Source: Leucoraja erinacea | Lineage: Eukaryota | Length of the DNA stretch: 64,000 nucleotides | NCBI RefSeq assembly: GCF_028641065.1 | Contig: NW_026576109.1 | Coordinates: 1-64,000 of the forward strand | Reading direction: 5' to 3' | Shown here: piece after piece, positions 39,758 to 51,274 of the stretch | Numbering within the stretch: position 1 is the stretch's first letter | Layout of the letters: each line of letters begins with the position of its first letter | Notes under the pieces: generated by a model | Database searches by the model: none | Told to the model about the DNA's origin: nothing | The model's input: only the letters and a program-made list of their open reading frames with translations | Program-made: the position numbers and the translations under genes

Positions 39758-41492
39758 CTCTCCTCTCTCTCTCCTTCTCTCTCCTTCTCTCTCCCTCTCT
39801 CTTCTCTCTCTCTCTTCCCCTCTCTGACTCTCTCTCCCGCCTCTCCTCTCTCTCCTCTCTCTTCTCCGTCTCTCTCTCTCCTCCTCTCGCTCTCTCTTCT
39901 CCCTGCTCTCCTCTCCTCTCGCTCCTCTCCTCTCCTCTCCCTCTCTCTCGCTCTCCTCTCCCTCTCGCTCTTCCTCTCTCTCGCCTCCCTCTCTTTCGCT
40001 CACACTCCCTCGCCTTCGCTTTCTCGTTTTTCCTCACCGCCCCCTCTCCCTCCCTCTTCCCTTCTCTCTCCCTCGCACTCTCCCCCTCTTCGCCCTCCTC
40101 CTCTCTCTCTCGCTCTCTCCCTCTCCTCTCTCGCCCCCTCTTCTCTCCCTCTCCTTCCTCTCTTTCGCTCCTCTCTCTCTCTCTCCCTCTCCCTCCTCTC
40201 TCCCTCTCCTCTCTCCCTCTCCCCCCTCCTCCCCCTCNNNNNNNNNNNNNNNNNNNNNNNNNNNNNNNNNNNNNNNNNNNNNNNNNNNNNNNNNNNNNNN
40301 NNNNNNNNNNNNNNNNNNNNNNNNNNNNNNNNNNNNNNNNNNNNNNNNNNNNNNNNNNNNNNNNNNNNNNNNNNNNNNNNNNNNNNNNNNNNNNNNNNNN
40401 NNNNNNNNNNNNNNNNNNNNNNNNNNNNNNNNNNNNNNNNNNNNNNNNNNNNNNNNNNNNNNNNNNNNNNNNNNNNNNNNNNNNNNNNNNNNNNNNNNNN
40501 NNNNNNNNNNNNNNNNNNNNNNNNNNNNNNNNNNNNNNNNNNNNNNNNNNNNNNNNNNNNNNNNNNNNNNNNNNNNNNNNNNNNNNNNNNNNNNNNNNNN
40601 NNNNNNNNNNNNNNNNNNNNNNNNNNNNNNNNNNNNNNNNNNNCTCTCCTCTCCTCCTCCGCTCTTCCCCTCTCTCCTCTCCCCCTCTCTCCCCTTCCCC
40701 CTCTCTCCTCTATCCCCTCCCTCTCCTCTCCTCCTCCTCTTCCTCTCCCCCTCTCTCCTCTCCTCTCCCCCTCTCTCTTCTCTCCCTCTCTCTCTCTCTT
40801 ACTCACACTCTCTCTCGTCCTCTCCTTCTCTTCTCTCTCCTCCTCTCTCTCCCCTCTCTCTCCTCCCTTCTTCTCTCACCTTCTCACCCTCCTTCCTCTC
40901 TCTCTTCCTCCCGTTATCTCCTCTTCTTCTCCCCATTCTCCATCTCCTCGGCTCCTCTCTCTCCTCTCCTCTCCTTCTCCCTCCTCTTATTCTCTCTTGT
41001 TCTCCTTTCTCCTCTCTCGCTCCTCTCCCTTCTCCAGACTCTCTCTTTACTCATCTCCCACCCTTATTCCTCCGTTCTCCTATTCTCCATCTCTCGCTCT
41101 CTCTCCCTCTCATACTCCAGCCTCCACACTCTCAATCTCCTCCACGGATATCCTATACCTTCCAGCGCATACTCTCACTCTCCTCCTCTCGCTCCTGCTC
41201 CCGCTTTCCCCCCTCCCTCCTCTCTCTCTCCCCTCTCCCGTCCTCTCTCTCTCCCCATCTCTCCCCTCTACTCTCTCTCTCCNNNNNNNNNNNNNNNNNN
41301 NNNNNNNNNNNNNNNNNNNNNNNNNNNNNNNNNNNNNNNNNNNNNNNNNNNNNNNNNNNNNNNNNNNNNNNNNNNNNNNNNNNNNNNNNNNNNNNNNNNN
41401 NNNNNNNNNNNNNNNNNNNNNNNNNNNNNNNNNNNNNNNNNNNNNNNNNNNNNNNNNNNNNNNNNNNNNNNNNNNGCTCTCTCTCTCTCCCC
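39758..41492 (+). repeat. Long CT-rich microsatellite with two gaps (40238-40643, 41283-41475), downstream of SV2
   Basis: Polypyrimidine sequence seen directly. Confidence 0.9.
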
Positions 41493-41689
41493 AGACTAAT
41501 TGTGTTTCTGTAATTTCAACATAATTTATCTTTGTAATCTATTTCTTTCCTTCCCTGGCAACGTGGTAAACATCCATACTACACTGAGGTTCTCGGTTAG
41601 CGCCCCAGATGTTCTGCAGTGCTGTGTGCCTGCATCCCGCAACGCTGAGGTTTTGGCTACAGCTATCTCACTGCGCTGTGCCAACTGTG

Positions 41690-42000
41690 CGATGCGCGGA
41701 TTCCACATCATCCCACAGTAAACACAGCCCCGTCGCTCGGCAGTACTTCAGAGAGCGTTAACTGACTGATTTTCTGTCCTGGATCGAGAGAACCAGAAAT
41801 ACGACCTTCGGCAGCCTCTTCCTCATCTTGCTTTCCTGAAGTGTGTCTTTGGAGCAGGAATTCTAGAGCCTGCCCTGGGAACTGTCGGTACCAGTATACT
41901 GTGTACGAGCAGATTCCGGAATATACGCAGTTAAGGGTGGCAGTGTCACCAGAAAGAGAGGATTGTTGAGGCGGATTCTGGGAACCCGCGGAAATGGAAT
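41690..42000 (-). pseudogene. Supporting TCR-delta V exon SV2; 3' end and RSS disrupted by indels as assembled
   Basis: Nearly identical to SV1, including the CDR1 Cys. Indels lie only in the YYC/RSS end about 200 bp from a gap, so they may be consensus errors. Confidence 0.75.
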
Positions 42001-43785
42001 CTGCGGAAAATAACAGGGGAATAGTTATTGTTTTAACATTGACTGTTGGAGACTGTGACACACACAGAAACTAGTTACCGTCTCCGGTAGTTCATCACAT
42101 TTTTGCAAAATATATGGAAACGTTATTTATGGATCCTTTAATTGTTCCCTCGACGAGTGGAGATTTAATTTCCTTTAGGTTAGTTTGCTTTAGTATAGTT
42201 TGGTTTAGTTTACATTAGTTCAGTTTAGTACAGTTTAGTTTAGGGACACAGCGCGGAAACGGGCCCTTCGGCCCACCAAGTCCGCGCTGACTCCAAGCCT
42301 ACACACGCTGGATTTGAGAATGATACGATCTGATCTCTCTGATTGAGATTTGAGCAACATTGACATCGGCATTTCGTCCTCACGCTCAAAACTCGAACAC
42401 TTTCACCCTTTTCTCTCATTTGACCCTTGCTACATATCGCAGTCTTCACCCGCGCACTTCTCGTTTTCACTTCCAACGGCGGATTTCAATTTCCACGACC
42501 GGCCAATGGCCTAACTCTGCTTCTATGCCTCATGGTCTTTGTTTTGGATGTGGACATAACTGTTAAGTCCAACAGTCATTCCCCGTTAGAATCAAAAGTA
42601 CCGATTACAGGGTGATTAAATGTATTATCTTCCGACAACGGAACAGTGACATTCTTACTTGTAGATGTACACAGGCCTAGAAATAAAATATGCTTTATCG
42701 GATAACAGAGTCATAGAGTCATGGATCGATATAACGCGGAAACAGGCTCTTCGGCTCACGTTGCCCAAACATGTCACAGCTACATTAGTGCCACCTGCCG
42801 CGTTTGTTCCAAATCCATACAAACCTTGCCAGTCCATGTACTTGTCTAACTGGTTCTTAAACAGTGGGATAGTGCCAGCTTCAACTATGTACTCTGGCAA
42901 CTTGTTTTGTACACCCGCTACCCTCCGTGTGAAAACGTTATGGAGGGGGTATAGAGAGAAGGCAGGTACATGATACTGAGTTGGATGAACAGCCATGATA
43001 TTGAATGGCGGTGCCGAATGGCCTTCTCCTGCACCTATTTTCTATATTTCTATGTTTCTATGTTACCCCTCAAATCCTATTAAATCTTCCCCTTCAGCTC
43101 AAACCCCGGTCCTCGACTCACCTATTCTGCACAAGAGACTCTGCGTTTCTACCCGTTCTATTATTGCCATGATTGCATACATTTCCGTACGATCAGTCCA
43201 TTCCTCGCCTAATGTATGATACAAAAACGAACTCAATAATTTAACGGCCACAATCCTAGAGCAACAAAAAAAACAAATCCTTTGTATAACCAGAGACAAT
43301 TATGAAAAGTTTATGAACACAATGGGCTGCAGTAACTTGTAGACCAAGAGAATGATTTCGTATAGTGTTTTGGAACAAGCCGGCGGTTCGGTGGTAGCAG
43401 TAACTGCGCGGGCCAGGCAGCATTTCAGGAGAACACTGATAGCCCACATTTGGTATCTAGACTTCAGAATCCGATGTCAGCGTCCGCATTTACTTGTGTC
43501 TGCATAGAAATCCATAGCTGTGGTTAGCGCGGTGTGGTGTTCCCGATCTTGATGGTTTTGGGGAAGTAGCTATTCTTCAACCTGATTCAGGTTGTGCTCC
43601 CGGGGAGCCCGACATATCCTCTCATTGGACTCACGTGTACCGCAACATCTGGAGCAAGTTGCCGGAACCCTTTATAAATATAACCTGTTTCAATTGGAAA
43701 GCAATTGATGCCTCGTGATCCAATATTAAAGGGAACTGAATATTTCCAAGAACAGCCGTGGATAAGAGAGGTTTAGGGTACTTAC

Positions 43786-43888
43786 CGGCTGTGACAGTCA
43801 CCGTAGTCCCCGTCCCATCCTGATAGTAAGTGTTCCATGAAGCCCCATCCACAGTGCCCCGTCTCTCGATGCTCGCAGTACAATAACA
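43786..43888 (-). CDS. NAR-TCR-like J4 (43849-43786, DGASWNTYYQDGTGTTVTVTA) with 23-RSS
   Basis: Plus strand cacagtg (43850-43856), 23 nt, acaataaca; donor gtaagt. Confidence 0.9.
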
Positions 43889-44199
43889 GTCCTCACCGCG
43901 ATTTGCCCGGCAACCATTAGAATCGCGGTCCAATTATTCCAGGAGTTTCACACCAACCAGTAACTATCCTTTCTTCCAACTCATCGGTGGGTCGACCGGT
44001 TCCCGCTAAGAAACAGAGCTAAGAGCAGAGTGATCTCCAACACGCAGGCTTGTGTGCTTTAACAAACACGGAACCAATTATTAGGGAATGTTAACGGAAT
44101 GCGGTAATCCCTGTGTAATTTATCTGGACTACAGCGTCACGAACAATAATCGTGTGATTTTGGTTCCGGAACCCAAGAATATATATCTTGAATGGGGTG

Positions 44200-44731
44200 A
44201 GTTTTTACTCGACTCTCCTACACTGTGGATAGACCGGCTGCTTAGTCCATTTGTACTCAGCTTGACAGTAATATGTGGCCATATCCTCAACTCTCAAACG
44301 AATAATTTTCAACGAAAAGGTCTTTTTCGCTATATTAATCCACACAACAAACCGTCCACCTGGAGTGACCCGCTGGCACTGTGCATCGGACTGTGCACGC
44401 TTGAAGAAATGTCCAGCCTGTAATCTGTAACTGCCCCAGAAATGAATTTGGAAAAGGCAGGTGATGGTGACGGGCTCACACTCTTTTCCAGTCACCGCAT
44501 ACGGGCTCTGGGTCACTGACTGACTGAAGGAGTCTGTAGATGAAACACCAGGAGAGGTTCGTGCGAATTCGAGGCGAACCGCGGCAGAAGGATACATCGC
44601 GGACAGTGTTTGAAATTCAGGTCGGAGTGGACTCGAGTTGTTTTATATTAAACCCGCACTGTGTGGGAGTAGGGGACCGGTACTCACGGCGTAAGCAGAG
44701 TGACAGCACAAAACAACAGGAGGATTCCCAT
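44200..44731 (-). CDS. Pre-joined NAR-TCR-like V-D (cassette 4): leader 44731-44688, VD exon 44533-44228, D-type 12-RSS 44227-44200
   Basis: V end ...GAGTACAAATGGACTAA abuts the D remnant GCAGCCGGTCTATC, then CACAGTG-12-GTAAAAACT. The leader is 44 nt (+1 in a T run), so out of phase as assembled. Confidence 0.85.
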
Positions 44732-45489
44732 CGCGCCCTCTCTGGGAATAAATGGTTCACGTGACGAGAGTCTGAAAACCAGGTCGCCATACAGATCCTG
44801 CAGCCAATTCCGGACAACTGAGCGGGAACCTCAGCTGGGCTGTTCGTTTAGGTGCGGGCGATGTTCTGGGAATTTTTGGAAAAATCCCAATCGATTTGTG
44901 AGGAAAGGGAGAGTTTTAGACGTGGACCCTTAAACCTGTTGATTTGGTTGGTGGGCTGAAATCTGATGTGAAACATCTGATGTGGCTCTGACGTTTCTCT
45001 GACGTTCAGTAGACCATCTGAACCATTCGGGCAGCTGAACATATGGGGGCAGTAGATAAGTTGAACGCACAATCCCCTATCCAATCGGTATACGTGTCAA
45101 ATAAACTAAACTGAACGGGTGGCGGAGGTATTCTGTCAGCAGAGGCTGTAGCACCCCTGTTCAACTCCGCAATGATGTCTGTTTGTTTGTTTGATGAGAG
45201 GCTGGACGGCCGAAGGTGGTGGGAATTGCTGCACCGCGGATTATAACATCGACGAAAGATCAATGCGAGCCCACAGTCGAGCTGGGTACCGGTATAATTC
45301 CGACTGTCAATGAGCCAGTGAAAGGGAACACACAGATTGCAATTAATGCAGTCACCAGCAGGGATGGAGAAACACAGAAACATAGCAAAATAGCTGTAGG
45401 TGTAGGTCATTCTCCTTTCGAGACAGCACTGACATTCAATATGATCAAGGCATTGGGGCACTGGAGGTGGGGTAGCTCTGTTGGTGAGG

Positions 45490-46462
45490 GGTGAAATGGG
45501 CGAGCAATAGTATTGGGTAAACCGATGGGACTGAAGGCTGATAAATCACTAGGATCTGACGGTCTATATCACAGGGGACTCTAGGAGGTGGCTCAAGAAA
45601 TCGTGGACGTATTGGTGATCATTTCCAATGTTCAATAGATTCAGGATCAGTTCCTGTGGATTGGATAGTAGCTGATGTTATCCCACTTTTCAAGAAAGGA
45701 GCGTGAGACAAAACGGGAAATGAGAGAACAGTTAGCCTGACATCGGAGCTGGGGAAGATGCTGGAGTCAATCATCAAAGGCGTAATAACGGCGCATTTGT
45801 ACACAATTAAAAGATTGGTCCAAGTCAGCATGGATTTATGAAGAGGAAATGCTGCTTGACAAATCTTCTGGAATGTTTTGAGAATGTGACAAGTAAAATG
45901 GATGAAGGATTTACCTGTCAGAATGGCAGGCAGTGGCGAGTAGAATGCCGCAAGGCTCGATGCAGGGGCCGCAGCTATTGACAATAGATATTAATGATAC
46001 ATCTGATGGAATTATATGACAGTCAGGACTGCCTTATGAAGAAAGACTGGATAGACTTGGTTTATACTCTCTAGAATTTAGGAGATTGAGAGGGGATCTT
46101 ATAAAAACTTACAAATTTCTTAAGGGGTTGGACAGGCTAGATGCAGGAAGATTGCTCCCGATGTTGGGGAAGTCCAGGGCAAGGGGTCACAGCTTAAGGA
46201 TAAGGGGGAAATCCTTTAAAACCGAGATGACAAGAACTTTTTTTCACACAGAGAGTGGTGAATCTCTGGAACTCTCTGCCACAGAGGGTAGTCGAGGCCA
46301 GTTAATTGGCTATATTTAAGAGGGAGTTAGATGTGGCCCTTGTGGCTAAGATGATCAGAGGGTATGGAGAGAAGGCAGATACGAGATACTGAGTTGGATG
46401 ATCAGCCATGATCATATTGAATGGCGGTGGAGGCTCGAAGGGCCGAATGGCCTACTCCTGCA
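45490..46462 (+). mobile_element. CR1 fragments (old ORF2 remnant plus younger 3' end)
   Basis: RGDLIKTYK..LDRLDAGR. Confidence 0.8.
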
Positions 46463-49400
46463 GTCTTCCTCGACAAGTCCTACAGTACGATTGTTACACC
46501 TAAGGTACTGGAAGAGAGAAGGTGGGAGACAGTGAGAAAAGGAGGGAAGCATGGAATGCCAACGTCCCCGGGTGGTGTACCTCTTGTAAACAGGTTCATC
46601 CGCTTAGAAGCTGTTGGGACAGAAGACGTGAGCGGCGGACTGGCTTGCGATGCGAATAGGGCTGTTGAGCCAAAACCAAAAAGGCCTAAAGTAGGCAAGG
46701 CCATTGTAGTGGGAAACTCCATCCTGAGAGGTACGGACAGGGGGTTCTGCGGCAACAGACGGGATGCGAGGATGGTGTGCTGCCTTCCCGGTGCCAGGAT
46801 CCAGGATGTCACGGACAGAGTGCAGAAAATCCTCAAGGGCGAAGGTGAACATCCGGAAGTGGTAGTGCATGTCAGCACAAACGATGTCGGAAAAAAGCGG
46901 ATGAAAATTCTCCAGCGTGACTTTAGAGAGATCCGAAAAATGTTGAAAAGCAGGACCTCCAGGGTTGTTATCTCCGGTTTGCTTCCAGTTCCCCGTGCTG
47001 GTGAGAGCAGGAACAGGGAGATTCGGGACCTGAACGTGTGGCTGAGGAACTGGTGCACGGGGGAGGGATTTAGATTCTTAGATCACTGGGATCTGTTTTG
47101 GGGTAAGGGGGAAGTACAAAAGGGACGGATTGCATCTTAACAGGTGTGGGACCAGCATTCTGGCAGGCAGGTTTGCCAAAGCTACACGGGTGGCTTTAAA
47201 CTGAATAAGGGGGGTGGGGTGTTGAATGGGATAGTGGAGGATGGATTTAAAGGGAAAGGGTTTCTTAAATGTGTGAGCGTAGAGACAGAGGGGTGTAAAA
47301 TGAGGGTAGAAGAAATAGGTAGCAAGGTGAAAAGTAAAAGTGGCAGGCAGACAAAACCAGGGCAAAAATCAAAAAGGGCCACTTTTCAACATAATTGTAT
47401 AAGGGGTAAGAGTGTTGTAAAAACAAGCCTGAAGGTTTTGTGTCTCAATGCAAGGAGCATTCGTAATAAGGCGGATGAGTTGAATGTGCAGATAGCTATT
47501 AAAGACTATGATATAGTTGGGATCACGGAGACATGGCTTCAGGGTGACCAAGGCTGGGAGCTGAACATCCAGGGATATTCAATATTCAGGAGGGATAGAC
47601 AGAAAGGAAAAGGAGGTGGGGTAGCGTTACTGATTAGAGAGGGGATTAATGCAATGGAAAGGAAGGACATTAGTTTGGAGGATGTGGAATCGGTATGGGT
47701 AGAGCTGCGAAATACTAAGGGGCAGAAAACGCTGGTGGGTGTTGTGTACAGGCCACCTAACAGTAGTAGTGAAGTTGGAGATGGTATCAAACAGGAAATT
47801 AGAAATGCGTGCGACAAAGGCAAAACAGTTATAATGGATTACTTCAATCTACATATAGATTGGGTGAATCAAACTGGCAGGGGTGCTGAGGAAGAGGATT
47901 TCTTGGAATGTATGCGGGATAGTTATCTAAATCAACATGTAGAGGAACCAACGAGAGAGCAGGCTATTTTAGACTGGGTATTGCGTAATGAGGAAGGGTT
48001 AGTTAGCAATCTTCTTGTACGTGCCCCCTTGGGCAAGAGTGACCATAATATGGTTGAGTTCTTCATTGCGATGGAGAGTGACATTGTTAATTGAGAAACA
48101 ATGGTTCTGAACTTAAAGAAAGGTAACTTTGAGGGTATGAGACATGAATTGGCCAAGATTGACTGGCAATTAATTCTAAAAGGGTTGACGGTGGATATGC
48201 AAGGGAAGACATTTAAAGACTGCATGGATGAACTACAAAAATTGTTCATCCCAGTTTGGCAAAATAATAAATCAGGGAAGGTAGTACATCCGTGGATAAC
48301 AAGGGAAATCAGGGATAGTATCAAAGCGAAGGATGATGCGTACAAATTAGCCAGAAAAAAAGCAGCATACCGGAGGACTGGGAGAAATTCAAAGACCAGC
48401 AGAGGAGGACAAAGAGCTTAATTAGGAAAGGGAAAATAGATTATGAATGAAAACTGCAGGGAACATAAAAACTGACTGCAAAAGTTTTTATAGATATGTG
48501 AAAAGAAAGAGATTAGTTAAAACAAATGTAGGCCCCTTGCAGTCAGAAAGAGGCGAGTTGATCATAGGGAACAAGGACATGGCGGACCAATTGAATAACT
48601 ACTTTGGTTCCGTCTTCACTACGGAAGACATAAATAATTTGCCGGAAATAGCAGGGGACGACGGGTCAAAGGAGTTGAGGAATTGAGTGAAATCCAGGTT
48701 AGCCGGGAAGTGGTGTTGGGTAAATTGAATGGATTAAAGGCCAATAAATCCCCAGGGCCAGACAGGCTGCATCCCAGAGTACTTAAGGAAGTAGCTCCAG
48801 AAATAGTGGAGGCATTAGTAATAATCTTTCAAAATTCTTTAGATTCTGGAGTAGTTCCTGAAGATTGGCGGGTAGCAAACGTAACCCCACTTTTTAAGAA
48901 GGTGGGGGAGAGAGAAAATGGGGAATTACAGACCAGTTAGTCTAACATCGGTAGTGGAGAAACTGCTAGAGTCAGTTATTAACGATGGGATAGCAGCACA
49001 TTTGGAAAGTGGTGAAATCATTGGACAAAGTCAGCATGGATTTACGAAAGGTAAATCGTGTCTGACGAATCTTATAGGATTTTTCGAGGATGTTCCTAGT
49101 AGCGTGGATAGGGGGGAACAAGTGGATGTGGTGTACCTGGACTTCCAGAAGACTTTCGACAAGGTCCCACATAAGAGATTAGTATACAAACTTAAAGCAC
49201 ACGGCATTGGGGGTTCAGTATTGATGTGGATAGAGAACTGGCTGGCAAACAGGAAGCAAAGAGTAGGAGTAAACGGGTCCTTTTCACAATGGCAGGCAGT
49301 GACTAGTGGGGTACCTCAAGGCTCAGTGCTGGGACCCCAGCTATTCACAATATATATTAATGATCTGGATGAGGGAATTGAAGGCAATATCTCCAAGTTT

Positions 49401-50360
49401 GCGGATGACACTAAGCTGGGGGGGCAGTGTTAGCTGTGAGGAGGATGCTAGGAGACTGCAAGGTGACTTGGATAGGCTGGGTGAGTGGGCAAATGTTTGG
49501 CAGATGCAGTATAATGTGGATAAATGTGAGGTTATCCATTTTGGTGGCAAAAACCGGAAAGCAGACAATTATCTAAATGGTGGCCGATTGGGAAAGGGGG
49601 AGATGCAGCGAGACCTGGGTGTCATGGTGCACCAGTCATTGAAGGTAGGCATGCAGGTGCAACAGGCAGTAAAGAAAGCGAATGGTAAGTTAGCTTTCAT
49701 TGCAAAAGGATTTGAGTATAGGAGCAGGGAGGTTCTACTGCAGTTGTACAGGGTCTTGGTGAGACCACACCTGAAGTATTGCGTACAGTTTTGGTCTCCA
49801 AATCTGAGGAAGGACATTATTGCCATAGAGGGAGTGCAGAGACGGTTCACCAGACTGATTCCTGGGATGTCAGGACTGTCTTATGAAGAAAGACTGGATA
49901 GACTTGGTTTATACGCTCTAGAATTTAGGTGATTGAGAGGGGATGTTATAGAAACTTACAAAATTCTTAAGGGGTTGGACAGGCTAGATGCAGGAAGATT
50001 GTTCCCGATGTTAGGGAAGTCCAGGACAAGGGGTCACGGCTTAAGGATAAGGGGGAAATCCTTTAAAACCGAGATGAGAAAACTTTCTCACACAGAGAGT
50101 GGTGAATCTCTGGAACTCTCTGCCACAGAGGGTAGTTGAGGCCAGTTCATTGGCTATAGTTAAGAGGGAGTTAGATGTGGCCCTTGTGGCTAAGGCGATC
50201 AGGGGGTATGGAGAGGAGGCAGGTACGGGATACTGAGTTGTATGATCAGCCATGATCATATTGAATGGCGGTGCAGACTCGAAGGGCCGAATGGCCACTC
50301 CCGCACCTAATTTCTATGTTTCTATGCACCTAATAATATGTTTCTATGTTTCTATGTTTC
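46463..50360 (+). mobile_element. Near-full-length CR1 LINE (ORF1 SGNH esterase; ORF2 APE and RT), inactivated
   Basis: GNSILRG..CLPGA..TNDV (ORF1), LNARSI..ETWL, SDHN and FADDTKLGG motifs; (TTTCTATG)n tail; several stops and frameshifts. Confidence 0.95.
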
Positions 50361-51274
50361 GAAATAAAAATAACGAGCAAATTTTTGCAGATGACACAAA
50401 GCCGGGTTGTAGTGTGAACTGCGAAGAGGATGCGAGGTGGATGTAAGGTGGGCTGGACTGGTTGAGTGAGTGGGCAGATTCATGGCAGATGCTGCATAAT
50501 ATAGGTAAATGTGAGGTTATCCACTTTAACTGCAAGAGCAAGGAAGCAGATTATTATCTCAATGGTGTGAGATATGGGAAAAAGCGATGTGCAACGAGAC
50601 TTGGGTGTCCTTGTACACTAGCCACTGTAAGTAAATATTCAGCTACACCAGGTAGTGACGAAAGATAATGGCATGTTGGCCTTCATAACGAGAGGATTTG
50701 CGCATAGGAGTACAGGTCCTTCTGCAGTTGTACAGGACATTGGTGAGACATGTTTCCTCCATCTAGCCGGTCCAACATTCTTGCTATTGAGGGAATGCAG
50801 CGTTCGTTCACAAGGTTAATGCCCGGGATGGTGGGGCTGTTATATGTTGAGAGAATGGAGCGGCTGAGCATGTATACTCTGGCATTTGGAAGGATGAGAG
50901 GAGATCTTATTTAAACATGTAAGATTATTAAGGGTTTGGACACGAACCATGTTCCCGATTTTGGGGGCGTGCAGAAACAGGGGGCCACATTTTAAGAATA
51001 AGGTTGACAAAAGTGCTGGTGAAACTCAGCGGTTGCAGCAGCATCTATGGAGCGAAGGAAATAGGCAACGTTTCAGACCTCATTCTTCAGGATAAGGTCA
51101 TTTTGAATATTACATGGAAAACATTAGATGTTTGTTCAAAAATGTGTAAGTAATGTCCACAGGGATGCAATATCGTTGCCTGTTTTTCCCTTCATTTACA
51201 TTATAAATATGCCAGATATTGGTTTGTTTCGCTGACAACCGCTGAGCTGCAGCACAAGGAGTGATCGCATTACA

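Noticed and set aside
39644-41524. Glu/Arg-rich and Ser/Leu/Pro-rich ORFs
   Set aside because: Translations of CT microsatellite and N-gaps.
46421-47140. SGNH esterase as a host gene
   Set aside because: It is ORF1 of the CR1 element, directly upstream of APE and RT.
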